Part shown: piece after piece, positions 18,453 through 29,333 of the stretch
Layout of the letters: each line of letters starts with the position of its first letter
Numbering within the stretch: position 1 is the stretch's first letter
Source: Blastocatellia bacterium
GTDB lineage: Bacteria > Acidobacteriota > Blastocatellia > RBC074
Direction: 5' to 3'
DNA: 64,000 nucleotides
NCBI GenBank assembly: GCA_035275345.1
Contig: DATEMY010000364.1
Span: 642-64,641, forward strand
Translations under genes and position numbers: made by a program
Notes under the pieces: model-generated
Seen by the model: the letters and a program-made list of their open reading frames with translations, nothing else
The model's database searches: none
What the model was told of the DNA's origin: nothing

Positions 18453-18525
18453 TCGCCGGACACGCGACAATCATCCCGCCCGATATCGTAACAGGTGAGG
18501 AGCCCCTGGTTACGCAGTGTGTAGA

Positions 18526-18590
18526 AGAGTACGGAACAGACGGAAACCAGCTTTGATATTGCCTTTCCGTCTGTTCCGTACTCTCTTTTC
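18526..18590 (+). terminator. Rho-independent terminator (perfect 19-bp stem + T-rich tail)
   Basis: AGAGTACGGAACAGACGGA (18526-18544) pairs with TCCGTCTGTTCCGTACTCT (18566-18584), then CTTTTC. Confidence 0.7.
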
Positions 18591-18632
18591 TCGCTTCAGG
18601 AAAAGCCCATCTAGAGGCCAGGCTCGGCATTA

Positions 18633-21600
18633 TCAATCCGGTTTGCTTCCGTCAGCCAGAATCGGTTTGACGGCGGCCGGATAGACGCCGCTTTCAGCCA
18701 TCTCTTTCGACAGCGATGAGAAATCGGCGATCAGTAGGTTGGCGTCCTGAATCGCTTTCTCCACCGCCACGCGGACTTCTGGAATCTGGCGGCTCTGCGT
18801 CTCGGACGGGCGTGAAGTCGAAGCCATGACGCCGCTCTTCAACTGGCCGATTCGGGAACGGAGCGCGCGGGCGAAGCTTTCGAAATCGCCCGTTACGAGG
18901 GGGTCGCCCATCCCGATGCCGAATTGGCGGCCGACCGGTTGAAACTTTTTAGCGAACTCTTCAATTTTGGTCTTCAACGCTGCTGGCGCGTCTTTATTGT
19001 CTTTTATGGCCTGCTGCATCGCGGTCAGTCGCTGATTGAGCGCGCCGACGCTGTCCGAAGCTTCGTTGAACGTCTTCTGAATTCGATGGAGCTCCATTGC
19101 GGCGTCGAATGCGGCGCGGCGATCAGCCTCGGCGATGGTTATTTCCTGATCGCCCAGCACAGTGAAAGTATTCGTCCCGATCTCCTTGCCCTCAACTTTC
19201 AAGGTGACCTGATATTGCCCGGGCATGACGAACGGTCCGGTCAAACCGGAGCCACCGCCGCCACCGCCGCCGCCGCCGCCGGGGCCTTGCTGCTGAACGC
19301 GCGGTTGTGGAAGCGGTTCCACGCGCAAATCCCAGAGCGCGGTGTTGACGCCCGCATCCGTCTTGTTTTTCAGCGCATCGCCCGAAAGTTCGCGCACGAT
19401 CTTGCCCGACGAATCTTTGACCACGAGCGACAGGCTCTTGGCCGGCGCTTTCAGGAAGTAGTTGAACGACGCCGCGACCTCAGGGTTTTTGCCGAGGAAT
19501 TGCATGTCGCCCTCGAAATCACGGCTGCGGTCATTGGCCAGGTTCATTTGCGTCGCCGCGCGCGCGTCGAAGAGGAACGCGTCTTTCGATCGGGCTAAGG
19601 CGAACTGTTGGAAGGGCGTAAGGTCGTCAAGAATCCAGACGCCGCGTCCGTGAGTGGCCAAGATCATCGCGTTGTCGCGTGGGTGCAGCGTGATCTCGTA
19701 TATCGGCACGGTCGGCAGATTGGCCTTGACGCGCATCCATTGCTTGCCGCGATCAAACGAAACAAACAGGCCGCGCTCCGTGCCCAGATAGAGGGTATCG
19801 GGGTTTCTCAAATCCTCGGTGATGGCGCGCGCGACCTCTCCCTTCGGCAGATCGCCGGCGATTGATTGCCAGGTCTGGCCATAATCGCGACTGGCGTATA
19901 CGTAGGTGTTGAAATTGTTAAGGCGGTGCCCGTCGAAGGTCGCATAGACCGTGGCTTCATCGAAGCGCGACGGCGCAAACTTTGAAACGTAAGTGTTCGC
20001 GGGCAACCCCGGAACTTTCGACGTGACGTTGGCCCAGTTCGCGCCATCGTCGCGTGAGACGCTGACTACGCCATCGTCGGAGCCTGCGTAATACAGACCG
20101 GCCTTCTTCGGCGACTCGGCGAAGCTCACCAGATTGCCGTAAGAGCCGACGCCGTCGTTTTTGGCGATCGTGATCTCCTTGCCTTTGACGCCCATCAATT
20201 CAAGGGTGTCCCGGTCGGTGTTGGTGGTCAGATCGGGGCTGATCGGTTTCCACGAATGCCCCCGGTCGGTTGATTTCAAGACTCGATCGGCGCATACGAA
20301 GATCGTCGCGGGATTGTGCGGCGAAATCAGCATCGGCGTGTCCCAGTTCCACCGGTACGGCTTTTCGCCTTCATGCGGTTCGGGTCGAATCGTTTTGCGC
20401 TCATTGGTTGCGCGGTCAACGCGGTTCATCCGGCCGTCCTGCGATTCGGAGTACATGACGCGGCTGTCGGAAGGGTCAATCAGCGCGACGAAACCGTCGC
20501 CGCCGCCTATGATCCACCATTCGTCATTGCCTATGCCGGACGCGGATCGTACGGCGCTCGGCCCGCACCACGTGTAGTTGTCCTGCAACCCACCACAAAC
20601 GCTGTAAGGTGTCTTGAAGTCGTAGCTGATGTGATAGAACTGCGAGAGGTTCGTGTTGCGCAAAAAGACGTAGTTCTTGCTGCGGTCGTAAGAGACGCCC
20701 ACGCCGCCGTCGCCGCCAATCATCAGGTGGTTCGAGTTGTTCGGATTGATCCACATCGCGTGGAAATCGACGTGAATCTTACGCGCGCCGTCACTGCGGA
20801 ACGTCTTGCCGCCGTCGTCGGAGACATGAAGTTGCACGCCGAGGACATAGATTCGTTGATCGTTGTTCGGGTCAATGCGGATTTGAGAGAAATACATCGG
20901 GCGTGGGTTGGTGTTGGACATCTTCGCCCACGTCGCGCCACTGTCTTCAGAGCGATAGACGCCGCTTTCCTTCGGATGCTCGACGCGCGCGTAAACGATG
21001 TTCGGATCGCGACGATAAACATCCATCCCGATGCGTCCCATCGGCCCTTCGGGCAATCCCTTCGTCAGCTTCGCCCATGTGCGCCCGGCGTCGGTTGATT
21101 TCCAGATCGCGCTGCCCGGGCCACCGCCGTTCATCCCCCACGTCGAGCGCCGTCGCTGATAGGTCGCCGCGTATAGAGTCTTGTTGTTCGACGGATCCAT
21201 CACTAACTCGGTCGCGCCCGTGTTCTCGTCGGTCGACAAAACGCGGCTCCAGGTCAATCCTCCGTCAGCGGTTTTATAAACTCCTCGATCTCCTCCCGGC
21301 CCCCACAGGCTGCCCAAAGCCGCGACATAAACGACATCGTGATCTACCGGATCAACGATGATGCGGGCGATCTGCTTGGAATCTCGCAGCCCCACGTTCT
21401 TCCAGGTCTTCCCGCCGTCAGTCGATTTGTAGACTCCATCGCCCCAGGACGAACTCTGGCGGTTGTTGTTTTCACCCGTCCCGACCCAAACGAGATTCGG
21501 GTCGTTCGGCGCCATGGCCACATCGCCGATTGACGAGGTCGTCTCGTTGTCGAAGACCGATTCAAACGTAGTCCCGTTGTTGACTGTCTTCAAAAGCCCG

Positions 21601-21830
21601 CCGGTCGCTGTAGCCACGTAAAAGGTCGCCGGATTGCTTTCGAGCACTGCGAAATCGTCGATGCGGCCTCCGACCGTGGCCGGGCCGATTTCTCGGAACC
21701 ACAATTTGTCGAACGGCGAACTGGCCGGTGAATTGCTGTTCTGCGTTCGGCCCGCTGGATTCCAGACCAGAAGCGGAGAAACGAGCGCGATCATAAGAAA
21801 CGCGCGAGCGATGATGCGTGCGGTCGCCAT
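18633..21830 (-). CDS. Exported BNR/Asp-box repeat (sortilin/VPS10- or GH74-like) beta-propeller protein
   Basis: In ORF 18633..22127. The ATG at 21830 has GGAGG upstream and gives MATARIIARAFLMIALVSPLL. Several S/TxDxGxTW Asp-boxes (STDGGKTW, TADGGLTW, STDAGRTW, SEDSGATW, SDDGGKTF). Confidence 0.85.
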   Translation of the reverse strand: MATARIIARAFLMIALVSPLLVWNPAGRTQNSNSPASSPFDKLWFREIGPATVGGRIDDFAVLESNPATFYVATATGGLLKTVNNGTTFESVFDNETTSSIGDVAMAPNDPNLVWVGTGENNNRQSSSWGDGVYKSTDGGKTWKNVGLRDSKQIARIIVDPVDHDVVYVAALGSLWGPGGDRGVYKTADGGLTWSRVLSTDENTGATELVMDPSNNKTLYAATYQRRRSTWGMNGGGPGSAIWKSTDAGRTWAKLTKGLPEGPMGRIGMDVYRRDPNIVYARVEHPKESGVYRSEDSGATWAKMSNTNPRPMYFSQIRIDPNNDQRIYVLGVQLHVSDDGGKTFRSDGARKIHVDFHAMWINPNNSNHLMIGGDGGVGVSYDRSKNYVFLRNTNLSQFYHISYDFKTPYSVCGGLQDNYTWCGPSAVRSASGIGNDEWWIIGGGDGFVALIDPSDSRVMYSESQDGRMNRVDRATNERKTIRPEPHEGEKPYRWNWDTPMLISPHNPATIFVCADRVLKSTDRGHSWKPISPDLTTNTDRDTLELMGVKGKEITIAKNDGVGSYGNLVSFAESPKKAGLYYAGSDDGVVSVSRDDGANWANVTSKVPGLPANTYVSKFAPSRFDEATVYATFDGHRLNNFNTYVYASRDYGQTWQSIAGDLPKGEVARAITEDLRNPDTLYLGTERGLFVSFDRGKQWMRVKANLPTVPIYEITLHPRDNAMILATHGRGVWILDDLTPFQQFALARSKDAFLFDARAATQMNLANDRSRDFEGDMQFLGKNPEVAASFNYFLKAPAKSLSLVVKDSSGKIVRELSGDALKNKTDAGVNTALWDLRVEPLPQPRVQQQGPGGGGGGGGGGSGLTGPFVMPGQYQVTLKVEGKEIGTNTFTVLGDQEITIAEADRRAAFDAAMELHRIQKTFNEASDSVGALNQRLTAMQQAIKDNKDAPAALKTKIEEFAKKFQPVGRQFGIGMGDPLVTGDFESFARALRSRIGQLKSGVMASTSRPSETQSRQIPEVRVAVEKAIQDANLLIADFSSLSKEMAESGVYPAAVKPILADGSKPD

Positions 21831-22251
21831 GAAGCTTTCCTCCTGATAGGCGGTTACGGAAACTGTCGACAGTCCATACGGCTTATGGACATAAACCGTG
21901 CGAGTGATGATTGCGAGTCGCTTGTTGTCCGAAAATATCAGCGTAGTGACGAATTTATTCGTCACGTGATGAGTAAATTCGTCGTATAGAGTAGAAAGGC
22001 AATACTGCGACGTGAATTTTACAGATGTAAAGGGCGAAGTGGAATGGCGCCGCGGCGCCATTAAGGTCAAATGCTTACAGACCGCGATTCGGAGTTGTCT
22101 TTTTATTAGTCTCCGGCTTATACTCACGTTTACTTACCGATCGGTAGGTTTTTGGGTCGGTCGTTTTATTGTTCACCGAAAATGCGCTGACGCGGCGGAG
22201 GCATCCGCGATTTAACAACGAGAAAGACTGGAACGAACCAGGGGGTGGGAT

Positions 22252-23523
<1,272 letters not shown>

Positions 23524-23527
23524 CTTT

Positions 23528-24820
23528 TCACTCCCTATGTTGGGCGTCCGGCGCGTCCAAAGCCATGGCAGGCCGGACGCTCAACGACTCATCTTTGCGC
23601 GGCGCCATAGTCACGCCCCGATGCGCCATCTCCTGAATCTCTTCCTCCGCATAACCGAGCGAACGGAGTAATTCCAGTGAATGCTCGCCGACTTCCGGCG
23701 CCGGCGCGGGCGTTTGCTTGACGGCTCCGTTCAAGTTGACCGGGTTGTTGACTGTCATGATCTTTCCGATCCGCGGATGATCCAGTTCGGTGAAGACACC
23801 GTTGTCCAGCATCTGTGGGTCCGCCGCGACCTGATGGATTGTCGGTATCAGTCCCCAGATGACCCCCTCTCGCTCGAACAATTTCGCCCACTCAGACATA
23901 TCTTTTTCGGCCAGCGCCTGATCCAGGATGCCGACGACCTCCGTCGCATTCTCCCTGCGCGCCTGGGCCGTCGCGTAGCGCGGATCATCGGTCAGCTCCG
24001 GTCGCCCGATTGCGCGGCAGATGCGTCCCCAGTCGTTGGACGGGTCGAGACAGCAGAAAATGAACCGCTGAAGGTCGCGCGTCTGATACTGGTTGACCAT
24101 CGGGTTGATCGGCGTGAAGCGTGTGCGGCGTGTTGGGAACTCCGCGCCCACCAGCGCCGCCTGAATCTGGCAACTGTTGCTCCAGGCGCCGATGGCCATC
24201 AGCGAAGTCGAGACTTTGGCGCCGCGCCCGGTGATCTGGCGTTGATAGAGCGCGAGCATAATCGCGCCGAACATCGCCAGCGAGGCCGGATGATCTCCGG
24301 TCCCGCAAGGCGTCGAGCCGGTCTGCACCGTCAGGTCATACATTATCCCCGTCAGGCCTGAGCGCGCCCAGTACGCCGTCGTGTCGTAGCCCGGCTTGTT
24401 GGCGTCTTCGCCCTCTTCGCCGTAACCGGTGATATGCGCATAGATCAGTCGAGCGTTGAGCGGCGCAAGGTCTTCATACCTGACAGAGAATTTCTCGGCC
24501 AGTTCAGGAGGATAGTTCGTGATGAAGATATCGGCGGTCGCCGTCAGCCGGCGCAACGCCTCGCGCCCGGATTCGTCACGCAAATTCAGCGCGAGGCTCT
24601 TCTTGTTGCGCGAATCGAGCAGCCAACAGTAGTTATGCTCCGAGACAGGCATGCCTGGCAGGAATGAGAGGTAGCGATATGGATCGCCGTGTGGGGGCCT
24701 CTCGATCTTGATCACCTCGGCGCCAAAGTCGGACAGGATCGTGGCGGCCGCCGGGCCGGCGATATACGTCCCGCAATCTACCACGCGCAAACCGGAGAGG
24801 ATGTTTTTATGATCGGTCAT
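23528..24820 (-). CDS. Family III CoA-transferase (CaiB/BaiF-type)
   Basis: The ATG at 24820 gives MTDHKNILSGLRVVDCGTYIAGPAAATILSDFGAEVIKIERP. The longer ORF extension to 25363 overlaps the BtpA gene and is Arg-rich nonsense. Confidence 0.85.
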   Translation of the reverse strand: MTDHKNILSGLRVVDCGTYIAGPAAATILSDFGAEVIKIERPPHGDPYRYLSFLPGMPVSEHNYCWLLDSRNKKSLALNLRDESGREALRRLTATADIFITNYPPELAEKFSVRYEDLAPLNARLIYAHITGYGEEGEDANKPGYDTTAYWARSGLTGIMYDLTVQTGSTPCGTGDHPASLAMFGAIMLALYQRQITGRGAKVSTSLMAIGAWSNSCQIQAALVGAEFPTRRTRFTPINPMVNQYQTRDLQRFIFCCLDPSNDWGRICRAIGRPELTDDPRYATAQARRENATEVVGILDQALAEKDMSEWAKLFEREGVIWGLIPTIHQVAADPQMLDNGVFTELDHPRIGKIMTVNNPVNLNGAVKQTPAPAPEVGEHSLELLRSLGYAEEEIQEMAHRGVTMAPRKDESLSVRPAMALDAPDAQHRE

Positions 24821-25620
24821 CGTCGGTCCCTTTCCACCAAAGTCATCAATCGTCTCACTCTTTCCGCATCGACCGGATTCGCCCAATGCCCGTCCGCTTT
24901 GAAATACGTGCCGATGATGAATCCGTCGGCGGCCTGATAAAAATCGGCGATGTTGTTCGCGTCGACGCCTGAGCCCAGCAGCACGGGCAATCGGCAATGC
25001 GACTTGGCTTCCTCCACGTCGGCGATTTTCGGCGCATCGCCGGTGACGCTGCCTGTTACGATCACCGCGTCGCCGCGCATGAACTCCACCGCTTCGGCTG
25101 TCGCGCCGAGACTGACGTCGGCGGTGATAGCGTGCGACGAATGTTTCTTCTTCACGTCGGTCCACACCTGCGCGCGGTCGGCGCCGATCATCTTGCGATA
25201 GCGCAGCAGCTGGGCGGCGGAGGATTGGATCACCCCTTCGTCGGCCACATGCGCGAACGCGTAAGCCTCCGCGCGGATGAAGTCGAGGTCGGCGGCGTGG
25301 GCCACGGCCATCGCTTCGATATTGGCCCCGGCGAGGATTTGGATACCTGTGGGCAATTGGCATTCGGCTTTTACGGCGTGGCCGATGACGGCCATCGCTG
25401 CGACGATCTCAGGTCCGACCGAGCCGCGCAGGTAAGGCGTGTCGTGCATGTTTTCGATGATGATCCCGTCCACGCCGCCGTCGCGGTAGACAGCCGCTTC
25501 GCGGACCGCTTGAGCGATTATTTCACTCACCGGCAGTTTGTTCATGGGCGCGCCAGGCAAGGCGGCGACGTGAATCACTCCGATGACCGGTTTGCGATTT
25601 GAAAAAAGGTTGTTCAGCAT
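24817..25620 (-). CDS. BtpA/SgcQ-family protein
   Basis: KPVIGVIHVAALPGAP N-terminal motif and TIM-barrel-like pattern. Its stop overlaps the CoA-transferase start (ATGA). Confidence 0.7.
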   Translation of the reverse strand: MLNNLFSNRKPVIGVIHVAALPGAPMNKLPVSEIIAQAVREAAVYRDGGVDGIIIENMHDTPYLRGSVGPEIVAAMAVIGHAVKAECQLPTGIQILAGANIEAMAVAHAADLDFIRAEAYAFAHVADEGVIQSSAAQLLRYRKMIGADRAQVWTDVKKKHSSHAITADVSLGATAEAVEFMRGDAVIVTGSVTGDAPKIADVEEAKSHCRLPVLLGSGVDANNIADFYQAADGFIIGTYFKADGHWANPVDAERVRRLMTLVERDRR

Positions 25621-25640
25621 AGCGCCATCTCGTCATCACT

Positions 25641-27197
25641 TTAGGGCCGCATCCCGCGCCGTTTCGGCCCCAATTCCGCCTGCAATAATTCATACGCCAG
25701 CTCGACCCAATCACACAACAAAGACCGTGTGTCGCGCGGGTCAATGATCTCTTCGATGCCGAAGCTTTCGGCCGTGCGAAACGGCGAGCGCAATTCGTTC
25801 AACATCTCTTCGATCTCTCTTCGTCTCGCGTCCGGATCTGGAGAAGATTCAATGTCGCGTTTATAAGCCGCCTGCACGCCGCCTTCAATCGGCAATGACC
25901 CCCAATCTCCCGAAGGCCAGGCGTAGCGCAGGTTGAGCGATTGCGCGGCCCCGTGCGCCGCGCCCGCCACGCCGAACACTCTTCGCAGGATGATCGAAAC
26001 CCAGGGCACGGTCGCCTGATAAACTGCGGCCATCGCTCGCGCGCCATATCGAGCCGTGCCTGCGCGTTCGGCCCGCGTGCCGATCAGGAAGCCGGGTTGA
26101 TCGACGAAATTGACGACCGGCAGGTGAAACGTGTCGCAGAGGTCAACGAAGCGAGTCATCTTTTCGCTGCCCGCGGCGTCGAGCGCCCCACCGCCCCGCA
26201 TCGGATCGCCGGCCAGCGCGCCGACGGCGTAACCGTTCAACCGCGCAAGCCCCGTGACCAGCGGTCGTCCGTAAAGGCCTCCGATCTCGAAAAATGAATC
26301 GCGATCCAGGACCAGGTTGAGAATCCGTCGAACGTCGTAAGAGCGCCGGCGGTCGCGCGGGATAATCGAAATCAATTCCTCTTCGCGACGGCGCGGATCG
26401 TCGTGGTTCTCTATTCGTCTCGGCGATTGCCAGACGTTCGAGGGCAGGTAAGAGAGAAAGCGGCGGATTTGCGCGAAGGCTTCGTCTTCGCTTTCGACTT
26501 CGTTGTCAACCGCCCCGCTGCCCCGCGCATGAATGCTCGATCCCCCCAATTCTTCTTTCGTGACCTTTTCGCCGACGCCGCGTTCGACCACGGGCGGACC
26601 GGCGACGAAGAGCTGGCTGACGCCCCGGACCATGACAGAAAAATGCGAATGCACGACGCGGACCGCGCCGAGTCCCGCGCATGGCCCTAAGCACGCGGAG
26701 ACGACGGGTATCTCCGAAAGTGACGCGACGATGATGTCCCAAGCAGGATTCGCCGGCACGTAGGTTCGCCCGGTCATTTCCAGCGTCTTCACGCTGCCTC
26801 CGCCACCAGTGCCATCGACCAGACGAACAAGCGGCAATCGCAGTTCGCGGGCCATACGCTCGGAGTAACTCATTTTATGGCCTATGGCCGCATCGGCCGC
26901 TCCTCCGCGAACCGTAAAGTCGTCGCCCCCGACCACAACGCGGCGCCCGTCAATTCTACCGGCGCCGAAGACGAAATTGGACGGCGTGAAAGAAACCATC
27001 TCGCCGTTTTCGTAAACCGCCTTGCCCGCTAACGCGCCAGTTTCATGGAATGATCCGGGATCGAGCAGACGATCGATGCGTTCGCGCACGGTCAATCGTC
27101 CATTAGCGTGTTGGCGCGCGACATTGGCCTCGCCGCCCATCTGTTTTGCCAGTTCGCTGCGGCGTTTTATCTCGTCAACTTCAGGTTGCCAGCTCAA
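25641..27197 (-). CDS. Acyl-CoA carboxylase carboxyltransferase (beta) subunit
   Basis: GRLTVRERIDRLLDPGSFHE and the two-lobed carboxyltransferase pattern. I place the start at TTG 27197, 7 nt after a GGAGG; the ORF track starts at TTG 27236. Confidence 0.8.
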   Translation of the reverse strand: MSWQPEVDEIKRRSELAKQMGGEANVARQHANGRLTVRERIDRLLDPGSFHETGALAGKAVYENGEMVSFTPSNFVFGAGRIDGRRVVVGGDDFTVRGGAADAAIGHKMSYSERMARELRLPLVRLVDGTGGGGSVKTLEMTGRTYVPANPAWDIIVASLSEIPVVSACLGPCAGLGAVRVVHSHFSVMVRGVSQLFVAGPPVVERGVGEKVTKEELGGSSIHARGSGAVDNEVESEDEAFAQIRRFLSYLPSNVWQSPRRIENHDDPRRREEELISIIPRDRRRSYDVRRILNLVLDRDSFFEIGGLYGRPLVTGLARLNGYAVGALAGDPMRGGGALDAAGSEKMTRFVDLCDTFHLPVVNFVDQPGFLIGTRAERAGTARYGARAMAAVYQATVPWVSIILRRVFGVAGAAHGAAQSLNLRYAWPSGDWGSLPIEGGVQAAYKRDIESSPDPDARRREIEEMLNELRSPFRTAESFGIEEIIDPRDTRSLLCDWVELAYELLQAELGPKRRGMRP

Positions 27198-27524
27198 ACA
27201 AGCGCCTCCAAGATGTGAGATTAATCGTCGGCGCAAGACTGAAGGCGAGGGAAGTGAATGTCAAGATTCAACGCTATACCGTGCGGCGCCGTGCGTCGAA
27301 CGGCGCCGCGCGCGTTGAACGGCGTCGCGCGCGGTACAGACAGAAGCGCCTGCGATCACGATCCTTGGAACGGAATCCAGCCGTTTTGAATGGTTTCCCA
27401 GATGACGAAATAAACTGAGTCGAATCGGCTACGGCATTCGCTCCATCTCTGGCGAGTGCGACAAGGTGGGTCTAAGATGCGCCCAGTATTCCCAAACAAC
27501 CAGCTAAATTTGAGGTAATGAGGC

Positions 27525-27653
27525 ATGAAGAAAAGATTCCTGTCGCCGATCTACTTTGTGATAGCTGTTTATGTTTTGCTTGCTATTCTGGGCTTTCTCG
27601 AATTGAGATGCCTGGCCAATTACACCGTAAATGAGCGATTCAACTATGAGTGA
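27525..27653 (+). CDS. Possible 42-aa small membrane protein overlapping the decarboxylase start
   Basis: My own translation, not in the ORF track: MKKRFLSPIYFVIAVYVLLAILGFLELRCLANYTVNERFNYE. GAGG 9 nt upstream. Its TGA overlaps the ATGAGTGA context at 27646. Confidence 0.3.
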   Translation: MKKRFLSPIYFVIAVYVLLAILGFLELRCLANYTVNERFNYE

Positions 27654-29145
27654 AAAAAACGCGTCGCAGGCTGGCGCAAAAGAGCTCGGCGATATGCCGG
27701 CTGAAGAGTTCCGGGCATACGGCCATCAGTTGATTGACTGGATTGCGGACTTCCTGGCAGGCATTGGCGATCTTCCAGCCTTTCCTGATGTTCAACCGGG
27801 CGACATCCGCGCCAAGTTGCCGATAGCGCCGCCAGTCAAAGGCGAAGCGATGGGGGGAATTCTGGACGACGTTGAACGTGTGATCATGCCAGGAATGGCG
27901 CACTGGAACCATCCGCGTTTTTTCGCCTACTTCACGTCGTCTGGCGGCGCCCCCGGCATTCTGGGGGAATTGCTCAGCGCGGCTTTCAACGTCAACAGCA
28001 TGCTCTGGCAATCGTGTCCTGCGGCGACTGAGCTTGAACAGGTCACGCTCGATTGGCTCCGGCGGATGATCGGGCTCCCGCCGGAATTTTTCGGGATTAT
28101 TTATGACGGTGGATCGAGCAGTACGTTTCATGCGATCGCCGCGGCGCGAGAACAGCTTGCCGAAACGGCCGAATTGAATGTTCGCGAACACGGGCTGGTG
28201 GGGAGAATCGATTCGCCGCGACTCAGTATTTACACATCCGAACAGGGTCATTCGTCAATTGACAAGGCGGCGCTGGCGTTGGGCCTGGGATTGACGGGAG
28301 TGCGCCGCGTCGCCGTGGATGACGAATATCGAATGGACCCACAGGCGCTGGCTGACGCGATTGCCGATGATCGCCGCGCCAGGGTCTTGCCGTTTTGCGT
28401 GGTGGCGACTGTCGGCTCGACTTCGTGCGCGAGTATCGATCCTGTCCCGGCGATTGCGGATGTCTGCGAGCGTGAAGGGGTGTGGCTGCATGTCGACGCG
28501 GCGCATGGGGGGGCGGCCGCTGTTGTTCGTGAGATGCGCCATATTATGGACGGATGCTGGCGGGCCGATTCCATAGTCGTCAATCCGCACAAATGGCTCT
28601 TCGTGCAGATGGGATTGAGCGTTTTGTTCACGCGCAAGCCGGATGTGTTGCGGCGGGCGTTCAGCATTGTTCCCGAATACTTGAAAACGAGCCAGGACGA
28701 TGACGCCGTAAACTTTATGGATTACGGCATCCCGCTGGGCCGCAACTTTAGAGCGTTGAAGCTGTGGTTCACGTTGCGGTACTTCGGCGTGGAGGGCATT
28801 GCGGCTCGCATCCGCGAACACATCGAGTTGGCGCGGCGGTTTGCGGAACAGGTCGACGCGCATCCTGAATTCGAGCGGTTGGCGCCTGGGTCTCTGAGCA
28901 CGGTCTGTTTTCGCGCGCGCCCGCGGGGGATGGATGACGAGGCCGCGCTCGATGATCTCAACGAAAGATTGCTGCAATCGATTAACCAGAGCGGCGAAGC
29001 CTTCCTCTCGCACACCAGGCTTCGCGGGCGATTCACGATCAGAATGGTTATTAGCCATCTGAGAACGAATCAAGAGCAGATCAACCGTGTCTGGGCGATA
29101 GCCGTCGAGAAGTTGCAATCCTTGACTAATGTCGCCACGGAATGA
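27631..29145 (+). CDS. Group II PLP-dependent (aromatic-L-amino-acid-type) decarboxylase
   Basis: HVDAAHGGAA and the PLP-lysine motif VNPHKW. Alternative start at 27646. Confidence 0.85.
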   Translation: MSDSTMSEKNASQAGAKELGDMPAEEFRAYGHQLIDWIADFLAGIGDLPAFPDVQPGDIRAKLPIAPPVKGEAMGGILDDVERVIMPGMAHWNHPRFFAYFTSSGGAPGILGELLSAAFNVNSMLWQSCPAATELEQVTLDWLRRMIGLPPEFFGIIYDGGSSSTFHAIAAAREQLAETAELNVREHGLVGRIDSPRLSIYTSEQGHSSIDKAALALGLGLTGVRRVAVDDEYRMDPQALADAIADDRRARVLPFCVVATVGSTSCASIDPVPAIADVCEREGVWLHVDAAHGGAAAVVREMRHIMDGCWRADSIVVNPHKWLFVQMGLSVLFTRKPDVLRRAFSIVPEYLKTSQDDDAVNFMDYGIPLGRNFRALKLWFTLRYFGVEGIAARIREHIELARRFAEQVDAHPEFERLAPGSLSTVCFRARPRGMDDEAALDDLNERLLQSINQSGEAFLSHTRLRGRFTIRMVISHLRTNQEQINRVWAIAVEKLQSLTNVATE

Positions 29146-29333
29146 CGAATAACGATTTATCTGCAGGCGGCGCAGGATGCGCTGGCGCGAATCAATCCGG
29201 CAGGGCTCCTTTGCGTTGAGTAGATGCGAAATTTTATGCGTTCTTTTTGCGTCCTCTTTACGTATTTTCAGTTAACCCTTCGCAGTTTGTCGCTGGTTTT
29301 AACTAAAATTCCAATACGCGGAGAGGGGAGCGC

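Noticed and set aside
24821-25363. N-terminal 180-aa Arg/Gly-rich extension of the CoA-transferase ORF (track ORF 23528..25363)
   Set aside because: It overlaps the well-supported BtpA-family gene in another frame and has nonsense-like composition. The conserved CoA-transferase N-terminus starts at the ATG at 24820.
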